In this document: positions 25,292 to 35,863 of the stretch, in pieces
Layout of the letters: every line of letters starts with the position of its first letter
Numbering within the stretch: position 1 is the stretch's first letter
IMG/VR virus record: IMGVR_UViG_3300025466_001905
Span: 14,158 to 78,157 of that record
Length of the DNA: 64,000 bases
Source of the DNA: a virus
Direction: 5' to 3' (one strand)
Position numbers and translations under genes: made by a program
Notes under the pieces: model-generated
Told to the model about the DNA's origin: nothing
Database searches by the model: none
What the model saw: only the letters and a program-made list of their open reading frames with translations

Positions 25292-26342
25292 ATCCAGGAG
25301 TTAGTAAATTGATCTGTTGTTGATAGTAATCAGCATCTGTCCAGGCATAATCATATGTTGCACAGACATTGCCAGCTTCTATTTTGTATATGTCCAGATA
25401 CCCACTGAGTATGGGCCACACTTGGCGAAAATCAGTGGTGCCAAAACTGGATTGTAGTTGCACTTGACCCACTGGGTGATAACCATAGTTGTATTCTGGA
25501 TTTTGTGCATCAAATCTATTACGATGCAACCAGTCTCTGAATCCTGACAGCCGTTTGGTGTGCCAAGGGTGAGGACCATGATATACCACATCCTGAGCCC
25601 ACTCAATATCAAATTCACCTGTGTAGTATTTCAAATGTGTAATTGTATCACATACTGCTTGATCAATATCCAGCCCTTTTTCATCCTGATAGACTTCAAA
25701 CAGAGTTTTTCCAATCTGTGCCCAGTGTAAGTAAACTTCTCCAAATTTTCTATCATATCTGGTTTCGTCAAATGTTGTCTTGTATTCCTGAGGAAACTCT
25801 AATCTTGGTGCATTCAAAAATGTAGTGATTTGACTGGGACGTACCCAGTCCGGATCGTCGGCTTGTTTTCGCTGACTCAACATGAGACTTTCGGCTTCAT
25901 GGCATAGATTATTCAACTGCCTTATAGCAAATTTGGTGTTGTAATCTGCACGTTTATACCATTCACTCAATCCCCATACTGTGCCTTGAAGATGTTCAAA
26001 ATGATTATGCAAATGATTCATTAAATCTTGATTGGGCTCAAGTCCGTGGCGCAATGCGTTTGGACTGAATATTTCATTTATGACATATTCGTTGACAAAA
26101 AACTCATTGATGGTTTTTTTGGCCCAGTTTAACTCTTTGCAAATATAGTTGAGATTTCTTAGGCTATTTGGAAAACCCAAAAAACAAAAGTTTTTTTCCA
26201 AGTATAGATTTCGTTTTAACAAATCTTGCAAGGCATGGTACCAATTGTGTGCCATGGGTGCATCATTGACAGCTATTTCATAGTCAATGGTGTCTTGTTT
26301 GTTCAACGGATTGCGTAAAATTACCTTAACTGATTGAATCAT
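25269..26342 (-). CDS. Hypothetical protein with paired His/Glu helical motifs
   Basis: NHLHNHFEHL, LNNLCHEAE, YLHWAQIGK. Confidence 0.7.
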   Translation of the reverse strand: MIQSVKVILRNPLNKQDTIDYEIAVNDAPMAHNWYHALQDLLKRNLYLEKNFCFLGFPNSLRNLNYICKELNWAKKTINEFFVNEYVINEIFSPNALRHGLEPNQDLMNHLHNHFEHLQGTVWGLSEWYKRADYNTKFAIRQLNNLCHEAESLMLSQRKQADDPDWVRPSQITTFLNAPRLEFPQEYKTTFDETRYDRKFGEVYLHWAQIGKTLFEVYQDEKGLDIDQAVCDTITHLKYYTGEFDIEWAQDVVYHGPHPWHTKRLSGFRDWLHRNRFDAQNPEYNYGYHPVGQVQLQSSFGTTDFRQVWPILSGYLDIYKIEAGNVCATYDYAWTDADYYQQQINLLTPGYDYSSSH

Positions 26343-27615
26343 ACCACTCCAATATCTCGGGTCTTGATCTTAATATGTCTCTTAGAGTATACCGATCTTG
26401 CCTTATTCTTTCTAATTCTATCACTCTAAATTTGCCTTTGAGCAGTGCAGATTGATATTGGTCTGGCCACTGCTCTTCAAACGTGGGTCGTGTTTTTAAT
26501 TGCTCAAGTACATCTTTGATTGATCCACTGGTGACCAGTGCCAGTTGGTCCAACCAAGGATCCAACAATGTTCTTGGCAGTGCCAATGGACTCATAATAA
26601 TGTCAGGACTAAAACTGAATATTACTTTGGCCAGTATATCCACATCTAACTCTAAGGCCAATGCCTGCATGTTTTCTACTTCAAACATGCCAGGTAATGT
26701 GAGTGTAAAGTCCAAGCGCATGTTGCGTCTGTTGCGGCTGAACTTTAGACCAGTTCGAAAATTCTGCAAAAACTGTTGGTAATCAAGCCCGGTGCGTATG
26801 TACTCACCAATGGCACCAGTGCCGTCAATACTGGCACAGATTTGCCAGTCTCTCACATGAGACAAAATATCTCTGAACAGGTGTGTTTGTCGATATTCAA
26901 TCCGGCTTAGATTGGTGTTGTACCGAGCATAAACTTTGGCGCCATCTCCAAGATCAACTATGCGTTTCATGTAGCGCCAATGTTGCTCAAACATTAGTGG
27001 CTCACCACCAACCCAATATATTTCTTCCACACGGTGCTGCTCCACTGCTTCACTGAATTCTTGTTCAATTTGACTGTCTTGAAACTGACTAATGCTAGAC
27101 CGTACTTCGGGTTTCATCCAGTTATTTTTTGGATTATCCCAATGAATCATGTTGTGTTGGCGTTGTTCGCTTTCCCATGCACTGCTCAGCATATCACCAC
27201 AGGTACGACATTTGAAATTACACAGATTACTGAATCTATAGTCCCAGCTCACAGGCTGCATGGTAGTGTAGCCAGTTTTGTCAGTGGTATTGATCAACTC
27301 TGGATATTTGTGTGCAAAAAGTTGATTGAAATAACTACGATATACGTCTGTATTCAACAATTTATTATTACACACCTGACATTCAGACAGAGTTTCGCCG
27401 GCCATCATTCGCCTGCGTACCGAACGCATGTGATCACTGTTCCAGTGTTGCTCCAGGGTGCTGGGTTTGTAAATTCCAGTTCCGGAACTGGTATCTATGT
27501 ACTGTTCAAAACTTTGAGCCGGTTCTCTACTGGCACAACACATACGTCTTTCAGTCTGGGGACTGAGGTATGTGTGTGTCCAGGGTGCCATGCATAATGT
27601 TTCAGGTTTTAACAT
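26326..27615 (-). CDS. N-terminal twitch-domain radical SAM protein (CxxPW type)
   Basis: CMAPW..MCC..CQVC then CNFKCRTC, GGEP, NTN. Confidence 0.9.
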   Translation of the reverse strand: MLKPETLCMAPWTHTYLSPQTERRMCCASREPAQSFEQYIDTSSGTGIYKPSTLEQHWNSDHMRSVRRRMMAGETLSECQVCNNKLLNTDVYRSYFNQLFAHKYPELINTTDKTGYTTMQPVSWDYRFSNLCNFKCRTCGDMLSSAWESEQRQHNMIHWDNPKNNWMKPEVRSSISQFQDSQIEQEFSEAVEQHRVEEIYWVGGEPLMFEQHWRYMKRIVDLGDGAKVYARYNTNLSRIEYRQTHLFRDILSHVRDWQICASIDGTGAIGEYIRTGLDYQQFLQNFRTGLKFSRNRRNMRLDFTLTLPGMFEVENMQALALELDVDILAKVIFSFSPDIIMSPLALPRTLLDPWLDQLALVTSGSIKDVLEQLKTRPTFEEQWPDQYQSALLKGKFRVIELERIRQDRYTLRDILRSRPEILEWYDSIS

Positions 27616-28816
27616 AGGCTATTAATTGTGCCAACTCGGGCTGAGTTTGGCTTAAATTTTGATTGCGTTTACGGTCAAGATCGGCAATTTTCATTCGCAG
27701 TATATTGCCATCAAGACTGACTCCGCGAGTCATAAAATCAATGATTTTATAGAATTCTTGTTTGTGCCAGTCATTGACTTGAGCCTGCATGAGTTGCTGT
27801 TTGACAGCCATCTTGGCGGCGTCAGGCATGGTACCCACACTGAAATAGTAAGCTTCGTGCATCATATTCCAATACACAAAATCAAATTGTTGTTGATCGA
27901 TCCAATTTGCCAATTCTTCAAGATACAACACATTGAATACGTTTACTGTAGAACAAACTTGCAGTCGGATATTTGCGTAGTGTTCTCTTAGAGTACGAAA
28001 CCAACCAATGTTTCTACACACTTCTGACCATACAGCATTGGTGCGTTGGTATTCAAATCTTTCGCCTACATCGTCAATGCTGAATGCAATTTCTACTAAT
28101 TTAAAATGCTTCCAGATTGTGTCAGCATCTTCAGGATAGTGTGTGCCATTGGTATTATAATGAATTTCAATGTTGTGGGCTATACCACGATCTACCAGTC
28201 CTTGCAACATATCGAAATGCTCTTGAATCATAAATGGCTCACCACCTGTGAATTCAATATAGCGTATCTGATTCATGACCTGATCAATTTCTGTCCAAAA
28301 TTTTAGATTTTCTTTGGGCCATGCACCCTGTTTCAACATTTGATAGTGGTGACTAGATTTTTTATCTTCTCCTGGACCAAGATTGGCCAATTCTTCCACT
28401 GCATACTGACTACTTGACCATGATCCACAAATACGACATTTGAGATTACAGATATTACCCAATTTTAAATCTAAAAACATCAAAGGACTAGCATCAGTGG
28501 TCCATTGCTGATCGGGCAACATATGCTTGAGTCTATCCAGTGTGTGCATGCGTTTACTGGTTCTTCCGGCTCGTTCTTCGCGCCAGCATTTTCTACAGGA
28601 ACTGGGTTGTTTCTGATCTAAAAAGTCTTGTCGCAATTTTTGCATGTAGTTGCAGTTTTGAATATCTACAAAACTTGCGGTATTCAAATCAAATTTGACT
28701 CCTTGATTGTCAACAATTTCATCTTCGGCCAAACAACACGGGCGCACTGTGCCAATAGGACTGGTCTCTAAACTGATCCAAGGCAATACGCAAAATTTAT
28801 CATGTGGTATGTTCAT
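27602..28816 (-). CDS. N-terminal twitch-domain radical SAM protein (CxxPW type)
   Basis: CVLPW..PCC..CRKC then CNLKCRIC, GGEP, NTNG. Confidence 0.9.
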   Translation of the reverse strand: MNIPHDKFCVLPWISLETSPIGTVRPCCLAEDEIVDNQGVKFDLNTASFVDIQNCNYMQKLRQDFLDQKQPSSCRKCWREERAGRTSKRMHTLDRLKHMLPDQQWTTDASPLMFLDLKLGNICNLKCRICGSWSSSQYAVEELANLGPGEDKKSSHHYQMLKQGAWPKENLKFWTEIDQVMNQIRYIEFTGGEPFMIQEHFDMLQGLVDRGIAHNIEIHYNTNGTHYPEDADTIWKHFKLVEIAFSIDDVGERFEYQRTNAVWSEVCRNIGWFRTLREHYANIRLQVCSTVNVFNVLYLEELANWIDQQQFDFVYWNMMHEAYYFSVGTMPDAAKMAVKQQLMQAQVNDWHKQEFYKIIDFMTRGVSLDGNILRMKIADLDRKRNQNLSQTQPELAQLIAYVKT

Positions 28817-29502
28817 ATGTGTGTTATAAATCTCTTACTGGTTTCTTCATAAAAAAACTCTTGTACTATGATCCATTTAGCGAATTCGTCAAACTTCTCG
28901 TTGATAACCATTGGAATAGTTATGTTGTTTAGCAAGCACATAGCATGACACCACGCTAACCAAGGAATATTATTGGAAATATCTATTTTGTTCAATGACC
29001 AACAAGTTTTTTTGTAATTATCTACAGATTTCAGTACAAAATCTATGTTGGCAGTGTAAGATATATTGTATTGATTTAACAACTCAAACACTTGATTGGC
29101 AAAATTCACCGGATTTGTAAATATCAAATCAGCATCTATAACAATATTGTCAAGATAATCTTTTGCCAATGTACCTGAGCAATCTTGATGCCACCTGGCT
29201 TTGTTAGTTAGAGCATAAAATAATTCTGAATTACTCAAACTTTTTATGTCTAATTCTTTTTTGTACCATTTGTAATACACAGTTAGATAGGTTATAAATT
29301 GCGATCTAATTCCTGAAAATGATCCGATTGCATTTTCAAGATTATTTTTATGTTTGAGATTAATAGATTTACTGCCTGGATATTTGTGAAAATTATTATT
29401 TGTAGGAATTATATCGTAATTTTGAGTTTCCAATGAATAAATTAAATTGGATAGCCAATGGCCGCCCTGACCACCTGGATATATTATGGTTATTTTATTC
29501 AT
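28813..29502 (-). CDS. Hypothetical protein, N-terminal YPGGQGGHWL loop (sulfotransferase/P-loop-like?)
   Basis: Very AT-rich ORF, ATGA-coupled on both sides. Confidence 0.6.
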   Translation of the reverse strand: MNKITIIYPGGQGGHWLSNLIYSLETQNYDIIPTNNNFHKYPGSKSINLKHKNNLENAIGSFSGIRSQFITYLTVYYKWYKKELDIKSLSNSELFYALTNKARWHQDCSGTLAKDYLDNIVIDADLIFTNPVNFANQVFELLNQYNISYTANIDFVLKSVDNYKKTCWSLNKIDISNNIPWLAWCHAMCLLNNITIPMVINEKFDEFAKWIIVQEFFYEETSKRFITHI

Positions 29503-30761
29503 TGTAATGCTTGTAATTCTGGAATAATATTTAACATTTGTTCATTTCTAATATTATCCAACTCGTGTGTTTTACGCCAGAAAATGTTTATTAACTGTGT
29601 GTTGTCTGTGGCAAACATAAATTTAACTGCACTCTCAAACCCTTGTGTAGCACGACCTAACTGATCTTTGTCTTTTAACCAATTTAAATGTGCAGTGTAT
29701 TTTTCTTTTAATTTTTGTTTGTACTCTATTGGCGCAATATCAATTCTATAATAAGCAGGGTCTTGAAGTATATTTACATTTAAATCTTGTGCTTTAATAA
29801 ATCCTTGTTCAGTCCAATATCTATGAAAGTCAGGCAAGTGCCAGGCATTCATCACACTCAGGGTAGGGCTGATATAAAAATCCACATTGGGACACATGGC
29901 CAACATTTGTCTACGATTGTTTTCAACGTCTTGCCATACGGTGCCTTTGCGTATGTATTCTGCTCGTGCACCCATGGCATCTAAACTGGCGCCAACTGCA
30001 ACACTATTAAATTGCCTCCAATATTCAAACACACTTTGACCTTTCAAATCCACATGCGTGAAATTTGTATTGTAAATTAATCTAACATCAAAACGTTTGC
30101 GACGAACAAGTTCATCCAGTATGTGATAGTGTTCTTCCATCAGCAATGGCTCGCCACCAGCAAAGTAAATTTGTTCAACATAGTCTATGTGCGGAATTAG
30201 TTGTTCCCACATGTCTGTTTCTGTACGACCTGCATAGTTAAGCACAGTGTTGCGTTGTTTCCAATCACCTCCGGCCAATTTGGCTTGATCTTGATACCAT
30301 TGGCTGCTGAAAATATGTCCGCAACTACGGCATTTTAAATTACACAGATTACTAAATCGAATATCCCAGTAGGTCATTTCAAACTTTTCATCAGTGATAC
30401 GGCCAACATGATGACCATGGTGTTTGTTGGCACTTCTGCGACCGCTGAAAAATCCAGATTCTTCTTGTTCATAACAACGAGTACAGGTTGCATTGGGAGT
30501 TTCTGTCAACATATCCTGACGAAGTTGAGCCATTGGTTTATCGTGCCATATTTGTTCCAGCGTGTTTTGACGACAATTACCAATCTGACCAACACCCATT
30601 TCAGCATGACAACATGGATAAGCTTCGCCAGTGGGATAAGCGTGTAAATGTATCCAGGGATAGATACAAAAAGTTTTTGACTCTGACAATAAAAACTTTT
30701 GTCTCTCACTGAGTTCAACGGGTTTTACCAGATCGCTGGAATTGTAATTATATTGTGTCAT
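29499..30761 (-). CDS. N-terminal twitch-domain radical SAM protein (CxxPW type)
   Basis: CIYPW..PCC..CTRC then CNLKCRSC, GGEP, NTN. Confidence 0.9.
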   Translation of the reverse strand: MTQYNYNSSDLVKPVELSERQKFLLSESKTFCIYPWIHLHAYPTGEAYPCCHAEMGVGQIGNCRQNTLEQIWHDKPMAQLRQDMLTETPNATCTRCYEQEESGFFSGRRSANKHHGHHVGRITDEKFEMTYWDIRFSNLCNLKCRSCGHIFSSQWYQDQAKLAGGDWKQRNTVLNYAGRTETDMWEQLIPHIDYVEQIYFAGGEPLLMEEHYHILDELVRRKRFDVRLIYNTNFTHVDLKGQSVFEYWRQFNSVAVGASLDAMGARAEYIRKGTVWQDVENNRRQMLAMCPNVDFYISPTLSVMNAWHLPDFHRYWTEQGFIKAQDLNVNILQDPAYYRIDIAPIEYKQKLKEKYTAHLNWLKDKDQLGRATQGFESAVKFMFATDNTQLINIFWRKTHELDNIRNEQMLNIIPELQALQ

Positions 30762-32112
30762 ACCACTCTGCTAGTGCTGGAAAAGTTGCGCAAAAGTTTT
30801 TGCCTCGTCGTTGATCATATTGTGTATAAAAGTTTTTAAAATCTCGTTGCAGAATAATCTGTGCCATTGCTTGATCATGCGCTTCTGTTACTTCGTCAAT
30901 ATAACTGATTAATCTACTTAATTGATTCCATTCAAATTCTTGCATGCCATTTGACATGTCACGATATCTCATTGCAAAGTCAGTTAACCTATTGCTGTAT
31001 TTCCTACGAAGATACTTTGGCAACACAGTTAACGATTGAAAGCTAGGAAAGCGTAATATATTCAACGAAAAATTAACTGCATCTGCACCGTACTCTAATT
31101 TCCAGTTCATCACACATTCCAAGAAACTATCCAGGCTGTCCAAACACAGCGCATTGATTGTGCACATGATATGGATGCCACGGAACTGACCTGAATCCAA
31201 CAGTCGTTCTACATTGTTGGCCCAGTCATCCCATACCAGTCCGTCACGGATATATTCTGCTTGTAGATTCATTGATTCGTTACTGGTGTACAGGTCTACT
31301 TCTACACCATCAATGGAAGCCAGTAATCGATCAATATCAACATCTGTGCCCAAGTTTGAATTGATGGCAAGACGAGTTTTACTTCGACCTTGGTTGGTTT
31401 TAAACCAGTCAATCAGCCGCCATGTTTCGGCACTCATCAAAGGCTCACCGCCGGTTATTCTCAGCTCTTGCAATGTTCTGTGTAGGTCGGATTCCCACCA
31501 TTCAAAGAAGGCGGTAACGTAGGGATTAATATCGCCATTTCTATACAGTTGACTATTCCTGTGATCATGACTAAAGTGGCCACGGCCGTCTGATACGAGC
31601 CCCAAATAGGGTCCGTTATTCCTAATGTCTCGAACCCAAGTGCTACTAAAAGCAGGATTACAATAGCTACATGCAAACTGACATGTACGATCAAAAGCAA
31701 TTTCCAATGTTTTAAGATCAAAGTCTCGATCAGCTGGCGTAAGAAATGCATGATTCAAATCCTCTATGGGGTAAATTTTACTTTTGTATACGCGATCACT
31801 GATGGGCACCGGAACATCACTTTTGGCATATTTTGGATCCTTGTACATGTCCTCAATCTTCCAACAGTATTCACAACCTGCAGGACGCTCGCCGCGTTGC
31901 ATTTGTTCACGCTCTATTTTTTTCTGTTGCGTGTTGTGTATGGCTTTGGGATTGGTCTGTATCTCATTGACATCAATTGCATGTGGCAGGGGGTGATGAC
32001 AGCTGGTGGTTTGCCCTGATCCCAACCATATGGTGGCGTTGTACCATTTGGCACCACAGAAGCTTGCACTCTTGGTGTCCAATATCTGGTGTTTAAAATC
32101 TAGATCATTCAT
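30748..32112 (-). CDS. N-terminal twitch-domain radical SAM protein (CxAKW/SCxHP type)
   Basis: CGAKW..SCHHP..CEYCW..SDR then CQFACSYC, GGEP. Confidence 0.9.
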   Translation of the reverse strand: MNDLDFKHQILDTKSASFCGAKWYNATIWLGSGQTTSCHHPLPHAIDVNEIQTNPKAIHNTQQKKIEREQMQRGERPAGCEYCWKIEDMYKDPKYAKSDVPVPISDRVYKSKIYPIEDLNHAFLTPADRDFDLKTLEIAFDRTCQFACSYCNPAFSSTWVRDIRNNGPYLGLVSDGRGHFSHDHRNSQLYRNGDINPYVTAFFEWWESDLHRTLQELRITGGEPLMSAETWRLIDWFKTNQGRSKTRLAINSNLGTDVDIDRLLASIDGVEVDLYTSNESMNLQAEYIRDGLVWDDWANNVERLLDSGQFRGIHIMCTINALCLDSLDSFLECVMNWKLEYGADAVNFSLNILRFPSFQSLTVLPKYLRRKYSNRLTDFAMRYRDMSNGMQEFEWNQLSRLISYIDEVTEAHDQAMAQIILQRDFKNFYTQYDQRRGKNFCATFPALAEWYDTI

Positions 32113-33178
32113 TAAATTTGTGTTGTTTTAGAAATTCAAAGAAGCGATCTGGAAATTCTTTTCTCACTGATAATCGCATTTCTTCAAGATGTTGTTGATT
32201 GTACTTACATACATTATAGCATGCATCTAAAAAACTTGCAAGATCTTGTTGGCATAAATCTTTTACTACCATTGTAATTCTTTCTAACCTGTCTTGATTG
32301 TTATCGATCTGATCAAATGACTCATCAATGACATGTTCAAAAGTTTGAAATCCTGCATTTTTGATGTCTCTATAATAACCCCGACTCGATGCTGCTATCC
32401 AGGGATGTCCTACTGCAATAGGTTTCCAAATTTTTTCTGTTCTAAAACTGTAAGGGTACACAAACACCGTTTCGGTTACTAGACTAAAGTATGTGTGATT
32501 ATAGGGCATGGCTTTGATGTATATGTCGCCCCAGCCATCTTTGGCAAAAAGTTGTGGTTTAACACATTTTTGATCTAGAATACTAATTTTGGTATTAAAT
32601 CTATCAACTTCGTATTGATCTGACAACAAGTTTATGGGCCCATTGCCAGTGTCTAGATTGGACCAAATGGCAGTGTCCAGCAAGGATTTGAGTTTGTCCA
32701 GGAGATATCCTCTGTGATATCTTACTCGACCATTCAAGAACAAAAATTTATAAGGACGGTCTCGAGAGTATTGATCTTGGTATTGTTGTATGGCTTCACG
32801 ATTTTCAAGATAATCAAGAACTTTGGGTAAAAAATTTTCATAATACAATGCTGCATACTCTTCAGGCACATGTCCTCCAGTCAACATCAATATTTTTTTT
32901 TGCATTATTAAATCAGTTATCTGCAACTGTTTACAGTGATTAACCTGTGTTTCAGACCCCTCAGATGGATTACTGAAGATGACTTTTATTGTGTTATTGT
33001 TGACCAAGTTAATTATTTTGGAAGTATTCAGAGTAAATTGATTTCTTGAAATAACATATACTGCACCTGGCACAAGTTTTTGTTCAGCAACATGTTCTTC
33101 AAAATTCCAAAATTCTGCACTGGCCCAGGGCTTTAACAAATCATAAACTTCGCAAAATGTATCTAGCACCAGCTTCAT
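32105..33178 (-). CDS. GT10-like ('TEK' motif) putative glycosyltransferase
   Basis: FLFLNGR..HR, VTET...FRTEKIWKPI...GFQTF...IDESFD. Confidence 0.6.
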   Translation of the reverse strand: MKLVLDTFCEVYDLLKPWASAEFWNFEEHVAEQKLVPGAVYVISRNQFTLNTSKIINLVNNNTIKVIFSNPSEGSETQVNHCKQLQITDLIMQKKILMLTGGHVPEEYAALYYENFLPKVLDYLENREAIQQYQDQYSRDRPYKFLFLNGRVRYHRGYLLDKLKSLLDTAIWSNLDTGNGPINLLSDQYEVDRFNTKISILDQKCVKPQLFAKDGWGDIYIKAMPYNHTYFSLVTETVFVYPYSFRTEKIWKPIAVGHPWIAASSRGYYRDIKNAGFQTFEHVIDESFDQIDNNQDRLERITMVVKDLCQQDLASFLDACYNVCKYNQQHLEEMRLSVRKEFPDRFFEFLKQHKFNE

Positions 33179-33834
33179 GATTGATTTCCTAGCAAGTAAT
33201 AATATTCAAGATTGATTTGTTGGTATTGCTTGATAAATTCTGAAATTTCCTGAGATTCAGCAACACCAAGCATATCAGCAACTGCACTGTTCAAATTCCC
33301 ACTGTATATAGTTTTAAAATTTAAAATGTAATCAACTTGAGTTTTGTCTACATTATCTATCCACCGTTTGGTATCAGGCACACGAAAAGCAATGCATTCA
33401 TCTCTAATCAGTTTAGATTGTATAAGATTATCAACATGATAAGATGGCCAGTCTGGACCAGCAACTTTGTTGTATTCTTCCTGTGTCCATTGCAAGGTAT
33501 AAGCTTTCAGTGTTCTAAAAGTTGATATTTGTACAATGTCTGTGTGATCATAGTCAATCAATACCACTTTGATATTTGGCATCACTGCACGAACACGAGC
33601 AAAATCAGCACAATGAGAAAATACCACTGGGTGTTTTGATGCAGATCCATTCCAGTGATCACCAAATAATTCTATACAGCTGTTACTTCGCCAGATTCCC
33701 TGGCCCAAATCATGACAATGCCCAGTGGCAGCAATCTCAGTGGGACAATCGTGCCCCAAGTATTTGGCTATCACAGTGGACAAAAACATACCACAACTAC
33801 CTGGTACACAACAAATATAATATTGATTGTTCAT
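33175..33834 (-). CDS. Hypothetical protein (PGSCGMFL loop; GPDWPSY motif)
   Basis: ORF track; N-terminal loop resembles 28813-29502. Confidence 0.6.
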   Translation of the reverse strand: MNNQYYICCVPGSCGMFLSTVIAKYLGHDCPTEIAATGHCHDLGQGIWRSNSCIELFGDHWNGSASKHPVVFSHCADFARVRAVMPNIKVVLIDYDHTDIVQISTFRTLKAYTLQWTQEEYNKVAGPDWPSYHVDNLIQSKLIRDECIAFRVPDTKRWIDNVDKTQVDYILNFKTIYSGNLNSAVADMLGVAESQEISEFIKQYQQINLEYYYLLGNQS

Positions 33835-33837
33835 AGA

Positions 33838-34896
33838 CTATTCAAACACATGATTGATTTTGTATTCTTGTTCTTTGGCAAATTCAAAAAAACGTTGTCT
33901 GTTATAAATTAGATCTGGCAACATGTCATGATACATTGATAATATGTCTTCTTTTTTCAGTGATACTAGATGTTTTATCACATTGACTATGGCATAGTGA
34001 ACTTCAAATTCTTTTATGTCTTCAAGTTCTATACCTGGAAAATAATGATTAAATGTTTTGAAACCATTTTTTCTGAGCCAAGCATACACTGTGGTCTGAC
34101 CGTTGATCACAAAAGGCCTTAGACCAATGATTGGTTTTAATGTTTTTTCAGTTACAAATACTGTGTCCCAGGGATAAAATTCTGTTTCGCTGACAATGTT
34201 TAAAAAATGACTACGCCAAATATTCATGTTGCCCAGACTGCATAAGTCATAAGGCACTCCGCCGAAACTTTTGTGCTGGGGAAATTTGCCACCGTGAGTA
34301 TAGTCAGTTGCATCTTCTATGGTCAAGTGGAGATTTGTTTTTTGACCCAGAGATACATCATAGCTGGCATCATGCTTGCCCAGACTGATTACTCCGTGTT
34401 GTTGTAAATTGTGTTCGTGTAAAATTTCTACCATGCGAATACGATGAGGCTTGGGTTTTCTGTTGTAATTTAAATACAACAAGCCAACGTCTTGCAAACC
34501 CACATCTGCTTCTGTATAGGGAGGAAAATCTTCGAGACACACAATAGATGCTGTATTGAATGTGTGCTTGCCGTCGAATGCAGTGCCTATGTAAAATTTT
34601 TCTTTGATTTGCAGTTTGTTTTCTAAATCTTGCAACTGTTGCGGTAACAAGGTCACAGGATCCACTATGCCAATCCAAAATATTCTATCAAAAGTTTTTT
34701 GACGATTTATCAAACGATTGATGCTTGACCAGGCTTGGTTACCAAATTGCGGACCAAACCACGTCAAATTTATCAGTAGATTGTGACCAGATTTGAATTT
34801 TTCTTGAATTTGTTTTTTGACAACCCGGTATATACGATGTTCTTGAGCGCCAAACTGTTCGTCGATAGGAAATTTGACTCCAATTTCAGTGATCAT
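33838..34896 (-). CDS. GT10-like ('TEK' motif) putative glycosyltransferase
   Basis: YLNYNRKPKPHR, VSET...FVTEKTLKPI...PF...GFKTF. Confidence 0.6.
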   Translation of the reverse strand: MITEIGVKFPIDEQFGAQEHRIYRVVKKQIQEKFKSGHNLLINLTWFGPQFGNQAWSSINRLINRQKTFDRIFWIGIVDPVTLLPQQLQDLENKLQIKEKFYIGTAFDGKHTFNTASIVCLEDFPPYTEADVGLQDVGLLYLNYNRKPKPHRIRMVEILHEHNLQQHGVISLGKHDASYDVSLGQKTNLHLTIEDATDYTHGGKFPQHKSFGGVPYDLCSLGNMNIWRSHFLNIVSETEFYPWDTVFVTEKTLKPIIGLRPFVINGQTTVYAWLRKNGFKTFNHYFPGIELEDIKEFEVHYAIVNVIKHLVSLKKEDILSMYHDMLPDLIYNRQRFFEFAKEQEYKINHVFE

Positions 34897-35863
34897 GCTT
34901 TAACCGTTTGATATCTTCTATGACCATGTTTGATATCAATGTATCAAATTCCATCGTGGATTTCCAGCCCAATTTTGTCAATGCCTTGGTACTGTCTCCG
35001 CACAACGTGTACAGTTCTGCTGGGCGCGAAAACATAGGATCTGATTCTACAAATTGACTCCAATCATTTATGCCTATGCACCCAAATGCCACGTCTAATA
35101 GATCCCTGAGCGAATGCATGACACCAGTGGCAATCACATAGTCGTCGGGTTCTTTTTGTTGCAACATACGCCAGGCAGCATCCACATAGTCGCCGGCAAA
35201 TCCCCAATCTCTGGCTATGTCTAAATTGCCCAGTCTGATTTTATCTGCCAAACCCAGCTGTATTTGTGCAATTCCATGTGTGACTTTTCTTGTGACAAAT
35301 TCTTTTCCTCTAATAGGACTTTCGTGATTGAAAGCAATGCCATTGGAGGCATGAATGCTGTAACTTTCTCTGAAATTTACTGTGATCCAATAAGAATACA
35401 ATTTTGAAATCCCGTAAGGACTCCTGGGACAAAACGGTGTTTGTTCGTTGTTGATGGGTTGTGATGAGTTACCAAACATTTCGCTAGAACTGGCTTGATA
35501 AAATTTTGAAATAGGGCTGTGATTTTTAATTGCATTAAGCAGGTTCAACACACCAATTGAATTGATTTCAGTGGTAGACTTGTTTAGGTCCCAGCTTATA
35601 CCAACAAAACTTTGAGCTCCAAAGTTATAGATTTCAGTTGGACGTATCAGTTTGACATAGTGATTGATTGAAGCTTCGTCGGTCAAATCACCAGTGAGCA
35701 TTTCAATGTCATTGGCAATGCCAAAAAATTTCAAATTTTCAAAACTTGGATTACTGTGACGACGTACCAACCCGTAAACTTTGTAACCGTGATCGAGCAA
35801 GAAGTTGCACATGTATGCGCCATCTTGACCAGTTATGCCAGTGACCAATGCAGTTTTTATCAT
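34886..35863 (-). CDS. gmd: GDP-mannose 4,6-dehydratase
   Basis: TGITGQDGAY, AQSFV, QASSSEMFG, PRSPYGISK, FNHESP.RG.EFVTRK, RDWG. Confidence 0.92.
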   Translation of the reverse strand: MIKTALVTGITGQDGAYMCNFLLDHGYKVYGLVRRHSNPSFENLKFFGIANDIEMLTGDLTDEASINHYVKLIRPTEIYNFGAQSFVGISWDLNKSTTEINSIGVLNLLNAIKNHSPISKFYQASSSEMFGNSSQPINNEQTPFCPRSPYGISKLYSYWITVNFRESYSIHASNGIAFNHESPIRGKEFVTRKVTHGIAQIQLGLADKIRLGNLDIARDWGFAGDYVDAAWRMLQQKEPDDYVIATGVMHSLRDLLDVAFGCIGINDWSQFVESDPMFSRPAELYTLCGDSTKALTKLGWKSTMEFDTLISNMVIEDIKRLKHDH

